Shown here: piece by piece, positions 51,165-64,000 of the stretch | How the letters are laid out: each line of letters opens with the position of its first letter | How positions within the stretch are numbered: position 1 is the first letter of the stretch | Assembly: GCA_964016885.1 (NCBI GenBank) | Contig: OZ024741.1 | Location: 359,166,001-359,230,000, forward strand | Direction: 5' to 3' | Origin: Eledone cirrhosa | Taxonomy: Eukaryota | DNA: 64,000 bases | Notes under the pieces: model-generated | What the model saw: the letters and a program-made list of their open reading frames with translations, nothing else | Told to the model about the DNA's origin: nothing | Database searches by the model: none | Position numbers and translations under genes: made by a program

Positions 51165-54100
51165 AACACCACCACTATCACCACCAACACCACCATCACT
51201 ATCACCACCATCACTATCACCACCGACAACACCACCAACACCACCATCACTATCACCACCAACACCACCATCACTATCACCACCAACAACAACACCAACA
51301 CCACCATCACTATCACCACCAACAACAACACCATCACTATCACCACCAACAACAACACCAACACCACCATCACTATCACCACCAACACCACCATCACTAT
51401 CACCACCGACAACACCACCAATACCACCATCACTATCACCACCACCACTATCACCACCAACAACACCACCAACACCACCACCACTATCACCACCAACAAC
51501 AACACCAACACCACCATCACTATCACCACCAACAACACCACCAACACCACCATCACTATCACCACCGACAATACCACCAACACCACCATCGCTATCACCA
51601 CCAACAACACCACCAACACCACCATCACTATCACCACCAACAACACCACCAACACCACCATCACTATCACCACCAACAACACTACCAACACCACCATCAC
51701 TATCACCACCAACAACACCACCAACACCACCATCACTATCACCACCGACAACACCACCAACACCACCATCACTATCACCAACAACACCACCAACACCACC
51801 ATCACTATCACCACCAACACCACCATCACTATCACCACCAACAACAACACCAACACCACCATCACTATCACCAACAACACCACCAACACCACCATCACTA
51901 TCACCACCAACAACACCACCAACACCACCATCATTATCACCACCAACAACACCACCAACACCACCATCATTATCACCACCAACAACACCACCAACACCAC
52001 CATCACTATCACCACCAACAACAACACCAACACCACCATCACTATCACCAACAACACCACCAACACCACCATCACTATCACCACCAACAACACCACCAAC
52101 ACCACCATCACTATCACCACCAACAACACCACCAACACCACCATCACTATCACCACCAACAACAACACCAACACCACCATCACTATCACCAACAACACCA
52201 CCAACACCACCATCACTATCACCACCAACAACAACACCAACACCACCATCACTATCACCAACAACACCACCAACACCACCATCACTATCACCACCAACAA
52301 CACCACCAACACCACCATCATTATCACCACCAACAACACCACCAACACCACCATCACTATCACCACCAACAACACCACCAACACCACCATCACTATCACC
52401 ACCGACAACACCACCATCACTATCACCAACAACACCACCAACACCACCATCACTATCACCACCGACAACACCACCAACACCACCATCACTATCACCAACA
52501 ACACCACCAACACCACCATCACTATCACCACCGACAACACCACCAACACCACCATCATTATCACCACCAACAACACCACCAACACCACCATCACTATCAC
52601 CAACAACACCACCAACACCACCATCACTATCACCACAAACAACACCACCAACACCACCATCATTATCACCACCAACAACACCACCAACACCACCATCACT
52701 ATCACCAACAACACCACCAACACCACCATCACTATCACCACCGACAACACCACCAACACCACCATCATTATCACCACCGACAACACCACCAACACCACCA
52801 TCACTATCACCACCAACAACACCACCAACACCACCATCACTATCACCACCGACAACACCACCAACACCACCATCACTATCACCAACAACACCACCAACAC
52901 CACCATCACTATCACCACCGACAACACCACCAACACCACCATCACTATCACCAACAACAACACCACCAACACCACCATCATTATCACCACCGACAACACC
53001 ATCACTATCACCACCGACAACACCACCAACACCACCATCACTATCACCACCAACAACACCACCAACACCACCATCATTATCACCACCGACAACACCACCA
53101 ACACCACCATCACTATCACCACCAACAACAACACCAACACCACCATCACTATCACCACCGACAACACCACCAACACCACCATCACTATCACCACCAACAA
53201 CACCACCAACACCACCATCATTATCACCACCAACAACACCACCAACACCACCATCACTATCACCACCAACAACACCACCAACACCACCATCACTATCACC
53301 ACCAACACCACCATCACTATCACCACCAACAACACCACCATCACTATCACCACCAACAACACCACCAACACCACCATCACTATCACCACCAACAACACCA
53401 CCAACACCACCATCATTATCACCACCGACAACACCACCAACACCACCATCACTATCACCACCAACAACACCACCAACACCACCATCACTATCACCACCAA
53501 CAACACCACCAACACCACCATCATTATCACCACCAACAACACCACCAACACCACCATCACTATCACCACCAACAACAACACCAACACCACCATCACTATC
53601 ACCACCGACAATACCACCAACACCACCATCACTATCACCACCGACAACACCACCAACACCACCATCACTATCACCACCAACAACACCACCAACACCACCA
53701 TCACTATCACCACCAACACCACCATCACTATCACCACCAACAACACCACCAACACCACCATCACTATCACCACCAACAACACCACCAACACCACCATCAC
53801 TATCACCACCAACAACAACACCATCACTATCACCACCGACAACACCAACAACAACCACTATCGCGAACAACAACACCACCAACAACACCACCACTATCAC
53901 CACCACCACCACTACCACTATCGCCACAACCACCAACACCACCACTGCCACCACCAACAATACCACCACTATCACCACCACCACCAACACCACCACTATC
54001 ACCACCACCACCAACACCACCACTATCACCACCAACAACACCACCACTATCACCACCACCAACACCACCACTATCACCACATCCACCAACAACACCACCA

Positions 54101-57100
54101 ACAACACCACCACCACCAACAACAACACCATTATCACCACCACCAACACCACCACCACTATCACCACCAACAACACCACCAACACCACCATCACTATCAC
54201 CACCAACAACACCACCAACACCACCACCACCACCACTATCATCACCACCACCAACAACACCACCATCACCAACAACACCACCGCTATCACCACCACCACC
54301 AACAACACCACCACCATCATTATCACCACCACCACCAACAACACCACTATCACCACCACCACCAACACCACCACTATCACCACCACCACCACCACTATCA
54401 CCACCACTATCACCACCACCAACACCACCACTATCACCACCACCAATACCACCACTATCACCACCACCAACAACAACACCACTATCACCACCACCACCAC
54501 CACTATCACCACCACCACTATCAACACCAACAACACCACCACTATCACCACCACCACCAACACCACCACTATCACCACCACCAACAACAACACCACTATC
54601 ACCACCACCACCACCACCACTATCACCACCACCACTATCACCACCAACAACACCACCACTATCACCACCACCACCACCAACACCACCACTATCACCACCA
54701 CCACCATCACCACCACTATCACCACAAACAACACCACCACTATCACCACCACCACCAACAACACTATCACCACCACCACCAACAACACCACTTCACCACC
54801 AACAACACCACCACTATCACCACCACCACCAACAACACCACTATCACCACCACCACCATCGCCACCACTATCACCACAAACAACACCACCACTATCACCA
54901 CCACCACCAACAACACCACTATCACCACCAACAACACCACCACTATCACCACCACCAACAACAACACCACTATCACCACCAACACCACCACTATCACCAC
55001 CAACACCACCACTATCACCACCAACAACACCACCACTATCACCACCACCACCACCACCACTATCACCACCACCACTATCACCACCACCACCAACACCACC
55101 ACTATCACCACCAGCACTACCACTATCACCACCACCACCAACACCACCACTATCACCACCACCACCACTACCACTATCACCACCACCACCAACACCACCA
55201 CTATCACCACCAACAACACCACCACTATCACCACCACCACCAACACCACCACTATCACCACCAACAACACCACCACCACCACTATCACCACCACCACCAA
55301 CAACACCACTATCACCACCACCAACACCACCACTATCACCACCACCACCAACACCACCACTATCACCACCAACACCACCACTATCACCACCAACAACACC
55401 ACCACTATCACCACCAACAACACCACCACTATCACCACCACCACCAACACCACCACTATCACCACCACCACCACTACCACTATCACCACCACCACCACCA
55501 CCACCACCACTATCACCACCACCACCAACAACACCACTATCACCACCACCACCACTACCACTATCACCACCACCAACACCACCACTATCACCACCAACAA
55601 CACCACCACTATCACCACCACCACCAACACCACCACTATCACCATTAACAACACCACCACCACCACCACCACTATCACCACCACCACCAACAACACCACT
55701 ATCACCACCACCAACAACACCCCTATCACCACGACCACCAACACCACCACTATCACCACCAACAACACCACCACCACCACCACCACCACTATCACCACCA
55801 CCACCAACAACACCACTATCACCACCAACAACACCACCACCACCACCACCACTACCAGTATCACCACCACCACCAACACCACCATTATCACCACCACCAA
55901 CACCACCACTATCACCACCACCACCAACAACACCACTATCACCACCACCAACGCCACCACTATCACCACCACCAACGCCACCACTATCACCACCAACAAC
56001 ACCAGCACTATCACCAACACCACCACTACCACTATCACCACCACCACCAACACCACCACTATCACCACCACCACCACTACCACTATCACCACCACCACCA
56101 ACAACATCACTATCACCACCACCACCAACACCACCACTATCACCACCACCACCACCACCACCACTATCACCACCACCACCAACAACACCACTATCACCAC
56201 CACCACCACTATCACCACCACCACCACCACCAACAACACCCCTATCACCACCACACCAACACCACCACTATCACCACCACCAACAACCCCACCACCACCA
56301 CCAACACCACCACTATCACCACCACTATCACCACCACCAACACCACCACTATCACCACCAACAACACCACCACTATCACCACCAACAACACCACCACTAT
56401 CACCAACACCACCACTACCACTATCACCACCACCACCAACACCACCACTATCACCACCACCACCACGACCACCACTATCACCACCACCACCAACACCACC
56501 ACTATCACCACCAACACCACCACTATCACCACCACAACCACCACTACTATCACCACCAACAACACCACCACTATCACCACCACCAACAACACCACCACTA
56601 TCACCACCACCACCAACACCACCACTATCACCACCACCAACACCACCACTATGACCACCACCAACACCACCACTATCACCACCACCACCAACAACACTAC
56701 TATCACCACCAACAACAACACCACTATCACCACCACCAACACCACCACTATCACCACCACCACCAACACCACCACTATCACCACCAACAACACCACCACC
56801 ACCACCACCACCACTATCACCACCACCACCAACACCACCACTATCACCACCACCAACACCACCACTATCACCACCAACACCACCACTATCACCACTACCA
56901 ACACCACCACTATCACCACCACCAACACCACCACTATCACCACCAACAACACCACCACTATCACCACCACCAACACCACCACTATCACCACCAACAACAC
57001 CACCACTATCACCACCACCAACAACACCACTATCACCACCAACAACGCCACCACTATCACCACCACCACCAACAACACCACTATCACCACCAACAACACC

Positions 57101-58960
57101 ACCACTATCACCACCACCACCACTACCAGTATCACCACCACCACCAACACCACCATTATCACCACCAACAACACCACCACTATCACCACCACCAACACCA
57201 CCACTATCACCACCACCAAGACCAACACTATCACCACCCCCACCAACACCACCATCACCACCACCAACACCACCACTATCACCACCACCAACACCACCAC
57301 TATCACCACCACCAACACCACCACTATCACCACCAACAACACCACCACTATCACCACCACCAACACCAACACTATCACCACCCCCACCAACACCACCATC
57401 ACCACCACCAACACCACCACTATCACCACCAACAACACCACCACTATCACCACCACCAACACCACCACTATCACCACCACCACCAACACCACCACTATCA
57501 CCACCACCAACAACACCACTATCACCACCAACAACACCACCACTATCACCACCACCAACACCACCACTATCACCACCACCAACACCACCACTATCACCAC
57601 CACCACCAACACCACCACTATCACCACCACCAACACCACCACTATCACCAACAACAACACCACCACTATCACCACCACCAACAACACCACTATCACCACC
57701 AACAACACCACCACTATCACCACCACCAACACCACCACTATCACCACCACCAACACCACCACTATCACCACCACCAACACCACCACTATCACCACCAACA
57801 ACACCACCACTATCACCACCACCACCAACACCACCACTATCACCACCAACAACACCACCACTATCACCACCACCAACACCATCACTATCACCACCACCAA
57901 CACCACCACTATCACCACCACCAACACCACCACTATCACCACCACCAACACCACCACTATCACCACCAACACCACCACCAACACCACCACTATCACCACC
58001 ACCAACACCACCACTATCACCACCAACAACACCACCACTATCACCACCAACACCACCACTATCACCACCACCACCAACACCACCACTATCACCAGCACCA
58101 CCAACACCACCACTATCACCACCACCACCAACACCACCACTATCACCACCACCAACAACACCACCACCACCACCACCACTATCACCACCACCAACACCAC
58201 CACTATCACCACCACCACCAACACCACCACTATCACCACCACTATCACCACCACCACCACTACCACTATCACCACCACCACCAACACCACCACTATCACC
58301 ACCACCAACAACACCACTATCACCACCAACAACACCACCACTATCACCACCAACAACACCACCACTATCACCACCACCACCAACACCACCACTATCACCA
58401 CCACCACCAACAACACCACTATCACCACCACCACCACCACCACTATCACCACCACCACCACGACCACCACTATCACCACCACCACCAACACCACCACTAT
58501 CACCACCAACACCACCACTATCACCACCACTATCACCACCACCACCACCACCACTATCACCACCAACAACACCACCACTATCACCACCACCAACAACACC
58601 ACCACTATCACCACCACCACCAACACCACCACTATCACCACCACCAACACCACCACTATGACCACCGCCAACACCACCACTATCACCACCAACAACACCA
58701 CCACTATCACCACCACTATCACCAACAACACCACCACTATCACCACCACCACTATCACCACCAACAACACCACCACTATCACCACCACCACCACCATCAC
58801 CACCACCCCAACACCACCACTATCACCACCAACAACACCACCACCACCACCACCACCACTATCACCACCACCACCAACACCACCACTATCACCACCACCA
58901 CTATCACCACCACCACCAACACCACCACTATCACCACCACCACCAACACCACCACTATCA

Positions 58961-58965
<5 letters not shown>
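51165..58965. repeat. CAC/AAC-rich complex satellite, block 2
   Basis: About 36-bp unit (51165-53850), then about 21-27-bp units; ends in (CT)n at 58965-59058. Confidence 0.95.
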
Positions 58966-59056
<91 letters not shown>

Positions 59057-59608
59057 TCTTTGACTCATGTATTGCTGCACCCTGGAATCAGACATGATCC
59101 AGCAGATCTATGACCAAAGGCGTTTCAGTCATGACCATCCCGTCTTTTTGTATATTCATGCCTATATTCACTAATATGAATTTAAAAAAAACCTTTTGAT
59201 ACCAAACTTCTTCAAACCACCTGTGGTTCTATGATACAAAAACCTTTTCTTTTAAAGTGTTTATATTTAAGAATCTCAGTTTTCTAAATACCACATAAAT
59301 AACTGTTTTTACTTTAGGCACAAGGCCAGAAATTTGAAGGGGAGGGGGAAGTCGATTAGATCAGCCCCAGTGCTTACTGGTATTTTATTTTATCGACTTC
59401 ATAAGGATGAAAGGCAAAGCTAACCTTGGCAGGATTTGAACTTAGACCATAAAGGGCCGTAACTCTATGCCATTAAGCAGGTTCTCTGACGCTATACCAA
59501 TTACTGCCAAAGAACATCTAAATCTCACCAAATCCTTCATTATTTTTTAAATTATTTGAAAACCATTGGCAGTGTCTTTCACAAGAAATACAGTAACAAA
59601 TGGGGTAA

Positions 59609-59735
59609 CCCTTTAGCATTTACATTACTCTATATTTACTCTTGTATCTTTATGATAAAGGTTTGCCTGACATAATTATCTCACATAATATCAAATCTAT
59701 AAGATTTTAAGATACAGCTGGTTAATGCTAAAGGG
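59609..59735. mobile_element. Small TTAA-type (piggyBac-like) MITE
   Basis: TIR CCCTTTAGCATT / AATGCTAAAGGG, flanked by GTAA and TTAA; a similar right end at about 14215-14234. Confidence 0.6.
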
Positions 59736-59889
59736 TTAAAGCATTAATCTTTATTTTGAGGTAATTGTTGTTGCTATTTCTAGCAAGCTGATCGACCTAT
59801 TGGTTCAATCAAAAGGTCATAGATGCCATCTGAGCAAAGAAGGAGGCTTACAAAGCTTGGCTTGTACATAAGTCCTCCTTCTTGTACTT

Positions 59890-60735
59890 GCGGTACAATC
59901 AAGCACAAAGAATCACAGCAGAGACTGTAAAGGCATCCAAAGTTAAGACATGGAAGGACTTTGGGAAGCTGGAATCCGACTTCAGATCGGTCAGCTGGAA
60001 TTGTGCAGACAACATGGTGCTACTTAACTTGACAGAAAGTGATCTCTGATTTGAACTTGATAAGTTTGATGCCAAGTGCTGCATGGCTGGAATGAAAATG
60101 AGTGTTGCGAAATCTGAGACATTCATCCCCTCAAGGAAGCCTGTGCAGTGAATGGAGTTCCACTGAAGCAGGTAGAGAAGTTCAAGTATCTCAGGGCTAT
60201 GTTCACGAATGATGGCAGGCAGGAGGTTGAATTAAGTGCAAGAATTGCAGGAGCTGGTGCAGTAATGCACCAGCTTCAGCATTCAGTAATCAGAAGAAGA
60301 GAGATAGGTGAAAAAGCCAAACTTGCTATCTTCCATTCGGTATTCATGTCAACCCTTACCTATGGTTATGAATCTTGGGTAATGACCAAAAGAATATGAT
60401 CGCGAATACAACCAATAGAGTGCATAGTTCGGATAGTAGAGAGTTACTCCAGGTAGAGCCACTACTCCAAATTGAGATATCACAGCTCCAATACCGTGGG
60501 CTTGAGGTTAGAATGTCTCAAGAAAGAATCGCTGGACAAATTTTATAGGGAAAACCAGCCAGCAGGAAACCCAGGGCTAGACCCCGAGCAACATGGTTGG
60601 ATAACATCCATGAGCTTGGCTGGTCTCGCTTGGGAATCCAGCTGGATCAGTTGGAGATGGTTGCTTCTACAGGACCTGCTGAAAGGAGTGTTTGAAGACC
60701 CTCTCAGGAATAAGTGGGCAAAGAAGAAGAAGGGC
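59890..60735 (+). pseudogene. RTE-clade LINE fragment
   Basis: NGVPLKQVEKFKYL, STLTYGYESWVMTKRI; homologous to 26855-27375. Confidence 0.8.
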
Positions 60736-61908
60736 ATTGGTCCAAATGTGTAGCAGTAATTTGAACTCTTGTGCTGATGTCAGCCAAGTAGTTCAGTGTC
60801 TCCACACATGCTGACCTCTGGGCAACACAATGTTCATGTTTCCTTTGTTTCAAATTGTCGCCAGTTTCATCATCATCGTTTAACGTCCATTTTCCACGCT
60901 AGCATGGGTCTGGAAGAGAAAACAACCCAAATAAGGTCATTGGCAGTTTATTTAAGATAACACTTTCTTCAGCCCATTCTGCACTAATTTCTCGGAAAAC
61001 ACACATTACACAGAATTTCTCCAGCAAGCAGAGGGATGTAGAATATAGCCCTCTTGACAGGGTTGGAACCTTGATAAAATTCAATGCATCTTTTGAACTC
61101 TCTGCACACACACATACACAACAACACAGCCTTGTTTTCCTATTTTATCATCAATAACCTCGTAGTACATTATTTGTTAATAAAATCTATTTAAGTTAAT
61201 GATCATAGTTTGTTTGTTCATTCACTTGCATTTCACACAGCACTTCATATGGGATAACCCAGCCAACATTACTACTACAACATCCACCACACAAAGTTAA
61301 CAACAATGCCAAACCCGAACCAAGTCTTCACATTCTACAACCAAATAACTTTCTATTGCTACAAATGTTGCTGCTATTTCTAGCAGGCAGATGACTGATT
61401 TGAGTCTTCTCTCCCAAATTAACACATTAGTAGATGTTGTTTAGCCCAAAGTTACACTTGATCCAACAGATCTACAACAATGGGTGTTCCAGCCATGACT
61501 ATCCAGTCTTTTTTAACACAACTATAGTTTAGTGCGCCCCCGTATCCAACTTCGTTTCTTCATAACTTTCTTAATGCTCATTTGTTAATGAAATTTTGCA
61601 GATTCATTTTTCATGATGTAGAATTCGATTATGTTGATAAAACACCTTAACCACTAAGTCAGGCGCCATCACTGTTAAGATGTTAAGCTTTAATTCGAGG
61701 TAGATCTTGCTGCTATTTCTAACAAGCCAAACTATGGCTTTGAGCCAGTTCTCTCTGACTCACGTATCAGTAAGTATTAGTTACTGTAGTTTTATTAGTA
61801 AGAAAATTACTAGCAACCAATGTTTCTCTAGTTATATATATATATGTTTGTATGTATATAGTGTATGGTGAGATCATAATTTGTGAATCAAAGAATCAAC
61901 ATCACCAT

Positions 61909-61968
61909 ATGACGTCAGATCTTGCTGGCTCTGACGTCATTATTTCTCTAAAGTTTGAAATAGCGCCC
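61909..61968. promoter_or_regulatory. Candidate promoter: paired CRE sites plus CHR-like element
   Basis: TGACGTCA at 61910-61917 and 61932-61939; TTTGAA at 61954 followed by ATAGCGCCC. Confidence 0.4.
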
Positions 61969-62011
61969 AACACTGACAGAATTAGTTTGGGAGGGATTGA
62001 CTGCCTTAGCA

Positions 62012-62092
<81 letters not shown>

Positions 62093-62303
62093 CAAGAAGT
62101 GATAGCCATTATTCAAAATTATATATATATATATATGTGGGTGTGTGTGTGTGAATCCCGGGTTCAATGGGGAGTAACCACAGTAAGTAAGGTACTCAAT
62201 ACATTAGTAGAGTGTAAATATCATGTTTAATACAGAAATTTCCTGATGTTTTCTTTTGAATGAAATAGTTCTAGTACTGTAGGAGCCATTTTTATATTAA
62301 ACA

Positions 62304-62339
<36 letters not shown>

Positions 62340-62381
62340 TGTTTAATATAAAAATGGCTCCTACAGTACTAGAACTATTTC

Positions 62382-62412
<31 letters not shown>

Positions 62413-62457
62413 CACAGAAAAAAAGAATATCAGTGTTGCGACGAAAGGAATTTATTG

Positions 62458-62548
62458 GACATATTACAATTGTTTGTCGGGCGACCAGCTCAAGGCACGA
62501 TATGATGATCAAACTTGACTCTGAAATCGCGCGGTCCTAGGATACGTC
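62458..62548 (-). ncRNA. Degenerate long-stem-II hammerhead-like motif
   Basis: Homologous to 22135-22228 (AAAC-AAUU-GUA, stem I GACGUAU/AUAUGUC); core decayed. Confidence 0.45.
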
Positions 62549-62878
62549 TCGATTCTATGAAGGCATCGAGTGCTCATACGCCCTACCGCATACGGACGCT
62601 TTAAGCATCCAACACCAATTATATATATATAGGATAACAAGGTATCGTTTAAGGTAATACAGCTAGAGGTTGTGAGTACTTTGTGTTGAGGATAATTTTA
62701 ACGTACGACATTGTTTGACTCAACAAGAAGTTCCCTTAGTCGGGTGGTCAGTTTAAGAAAGTTCCTATGCAGGTGGTTCTTGGAGGATTAATAAGTAAAA
62801 GAACGAGAAATAACATGGTCGGCTGTACAAAAGGGTTTATTTAGAGCGGATTTTAGACTCACCTGATTAATATATATA

Positions 62879-62914
<36 letters not shown>

Positions 62915-62923
62915 TATATGTAT

Positions 62924-63512
62924 CTACTGGTAACATGCATCCCAGTACAACCTGTCCTATGGTCGGGTCGTTGGCGACTAAACTGGCAACCCCACCAAGG
63001 TTTCTTGGTGAGGAGGGTGACTTTGGACATCCTGCAGGACTAAAAACAAAACCTGTCAAAGGGCAAAGGAGCTCTTGAGAGTCAATGGCCATCCAAAATC
63101 ACTGGGAGAGAAGACCCCTTAGCCTTTGTCAAGGCAGAATTCTAGGAGAAGGAAAACTCTGATATAACACCTGTAACTCTGATGGTATCCAATGATGTTG
63201 ACTTGTTCTTCTTTTTGGTAAATATCCTCTTGGTTAAGAGAGTGGGACTGGCTTTGTGCAGTGCCTTTGCTCACTATAAAAGCTTCACGGCACAGGCATT
63301 GCTTTACATCTGGAGATCTCTCTGCACTTGTCATCACATGGTACCATGGGCCCAGTACTATGTGTCAATAATTGTCACAAGTGTAGTGGTTGTACCAGAC
63401 TTTTCAAGTCGCTGGCTGGACTAAAAAGTCACACTCGTTCAGCGCATCGGTACGAGTTCTTCTACATGGATATAAAGTATTGGCCGTACTCAAAAACGAG
63501 TTGGCAGCCACC
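62924..63512 (+). mobile_element. Short RTE-related non-autonomous element
   Basis: RTE-like 5'-UTR sequence joined to a C2H2-type tail ([22 protein letters not shown]); bounded by (TATG)n. Confidence 0.5.
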
Positions 63513-63543
63513 ATGTATGTATGTATGTATGTATATATGTATG

Positions 63544-63593
<50 letters not shown>

Positions 63594-63603
63594 CATACAT
63601 ACA

Positions 63604-63649
<46 letters not shown>

Positions 63650-63752
63650 AGGAGGAGGTTATAGTTCACTTGAAGCATTGTGTAATGAGGTATAAACGTT
63701 TGTATATGTATAATAAAGCCAAAACAATGCAGGGAAGTAAAGCGGTTACTTC

Positions 63753-63787
63753 CCTCCGAAGAAGAGCTATTATCTCGAAAATTAAGG
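63753..63787 (+). ncRNA. Minimal hammerhead-like motif
   Basis: CCU-CCGAAGA-A-GAG/cuauuau/CUC-GAAA-AU-UA-AGG; lies inside inverted repeat 63698-63733 / 63866-63901. Confidence 0.55.
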
Positions 63788-63940
63788 ACATTTAAATAAA
63801 TATAAGGTAAAAGACGAATTGTCAACAATATCTTTTGCATTTGCATTCTTTATTCTATGTCCATACCTGCATTGTTTTGGCTTTATTATACATATACAAA
63901 CATATATATATATATATATATATACATATATATATACACA

Positions 63941-64000
63941 TGGAGGCACATGGCTTAGTGGTTAGAGCATTGGCTTTGCAATCGAAAGATTGTGAGTTCA
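63941..64000 (+). mobile_element. tRNA-derived SINE head (truncated by window end)
   Basis: tggaggcacatggcttagtggttagagcattgg is identical to 13672 onward. Confidence 0.85.

Noticed and set aside
48298-59113. 500-1200-aa Val-rich, Gly/Asp-rich and Thr-rich ORFs
   Set aside because: Products of a triplet satellite lacking stop codons; no signal peptide, unique domain or clear splice sites, so not called as CDS

Overview
Repeat-dominated eukaryotic DNA. The SINE/LINE/Penelope content and the (TA)n/(CA)n/(ATC)n microsatellite density suggest an octopus-like cephalopod genome (inference). No host protein-coding gene can be supported. 1-12.8 kb is a head-to-tail array of young Tx1/L1-clade non-LTR retrotransposons (three copies plus a fourth 3' stub), each ending in a (TATC/TCCA)n microsatellite. 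One copy has an uninterrupted ORF2 (APE-RT-CCHC). Two older, diverged Tx1 relatives lie at 28.1-32.2 kb (+) and 33.7-35.2 kb (-). The rest holds Penelope-like (GIY-YIG) remnants, degenerate RTE/RTE-X/CR1-like LINE fragments, tRNA-derived SINEs, a minisatellite, and about 12 kb of CAC/AAC-rich satellite in two blocks. The most interesting signals are: (i) an apparently GATA-microsatellite-targeting Tx1 family with a canonical-looking 5'-UTR intron, a perfect RFX X-box, subfamily mosaicism and a templated 5' junction; (ii) a dispersed set of short hammerhead-ribozyme-like Penelope termini in (TA)n, several carrying fold-back inverted duplications; (iii) a two-copy, covarying, pseudoknotted RNA motif upstream of CUGAUGA that I cannot match to a known ribozyme class. 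All structures were read by eye, not computed.
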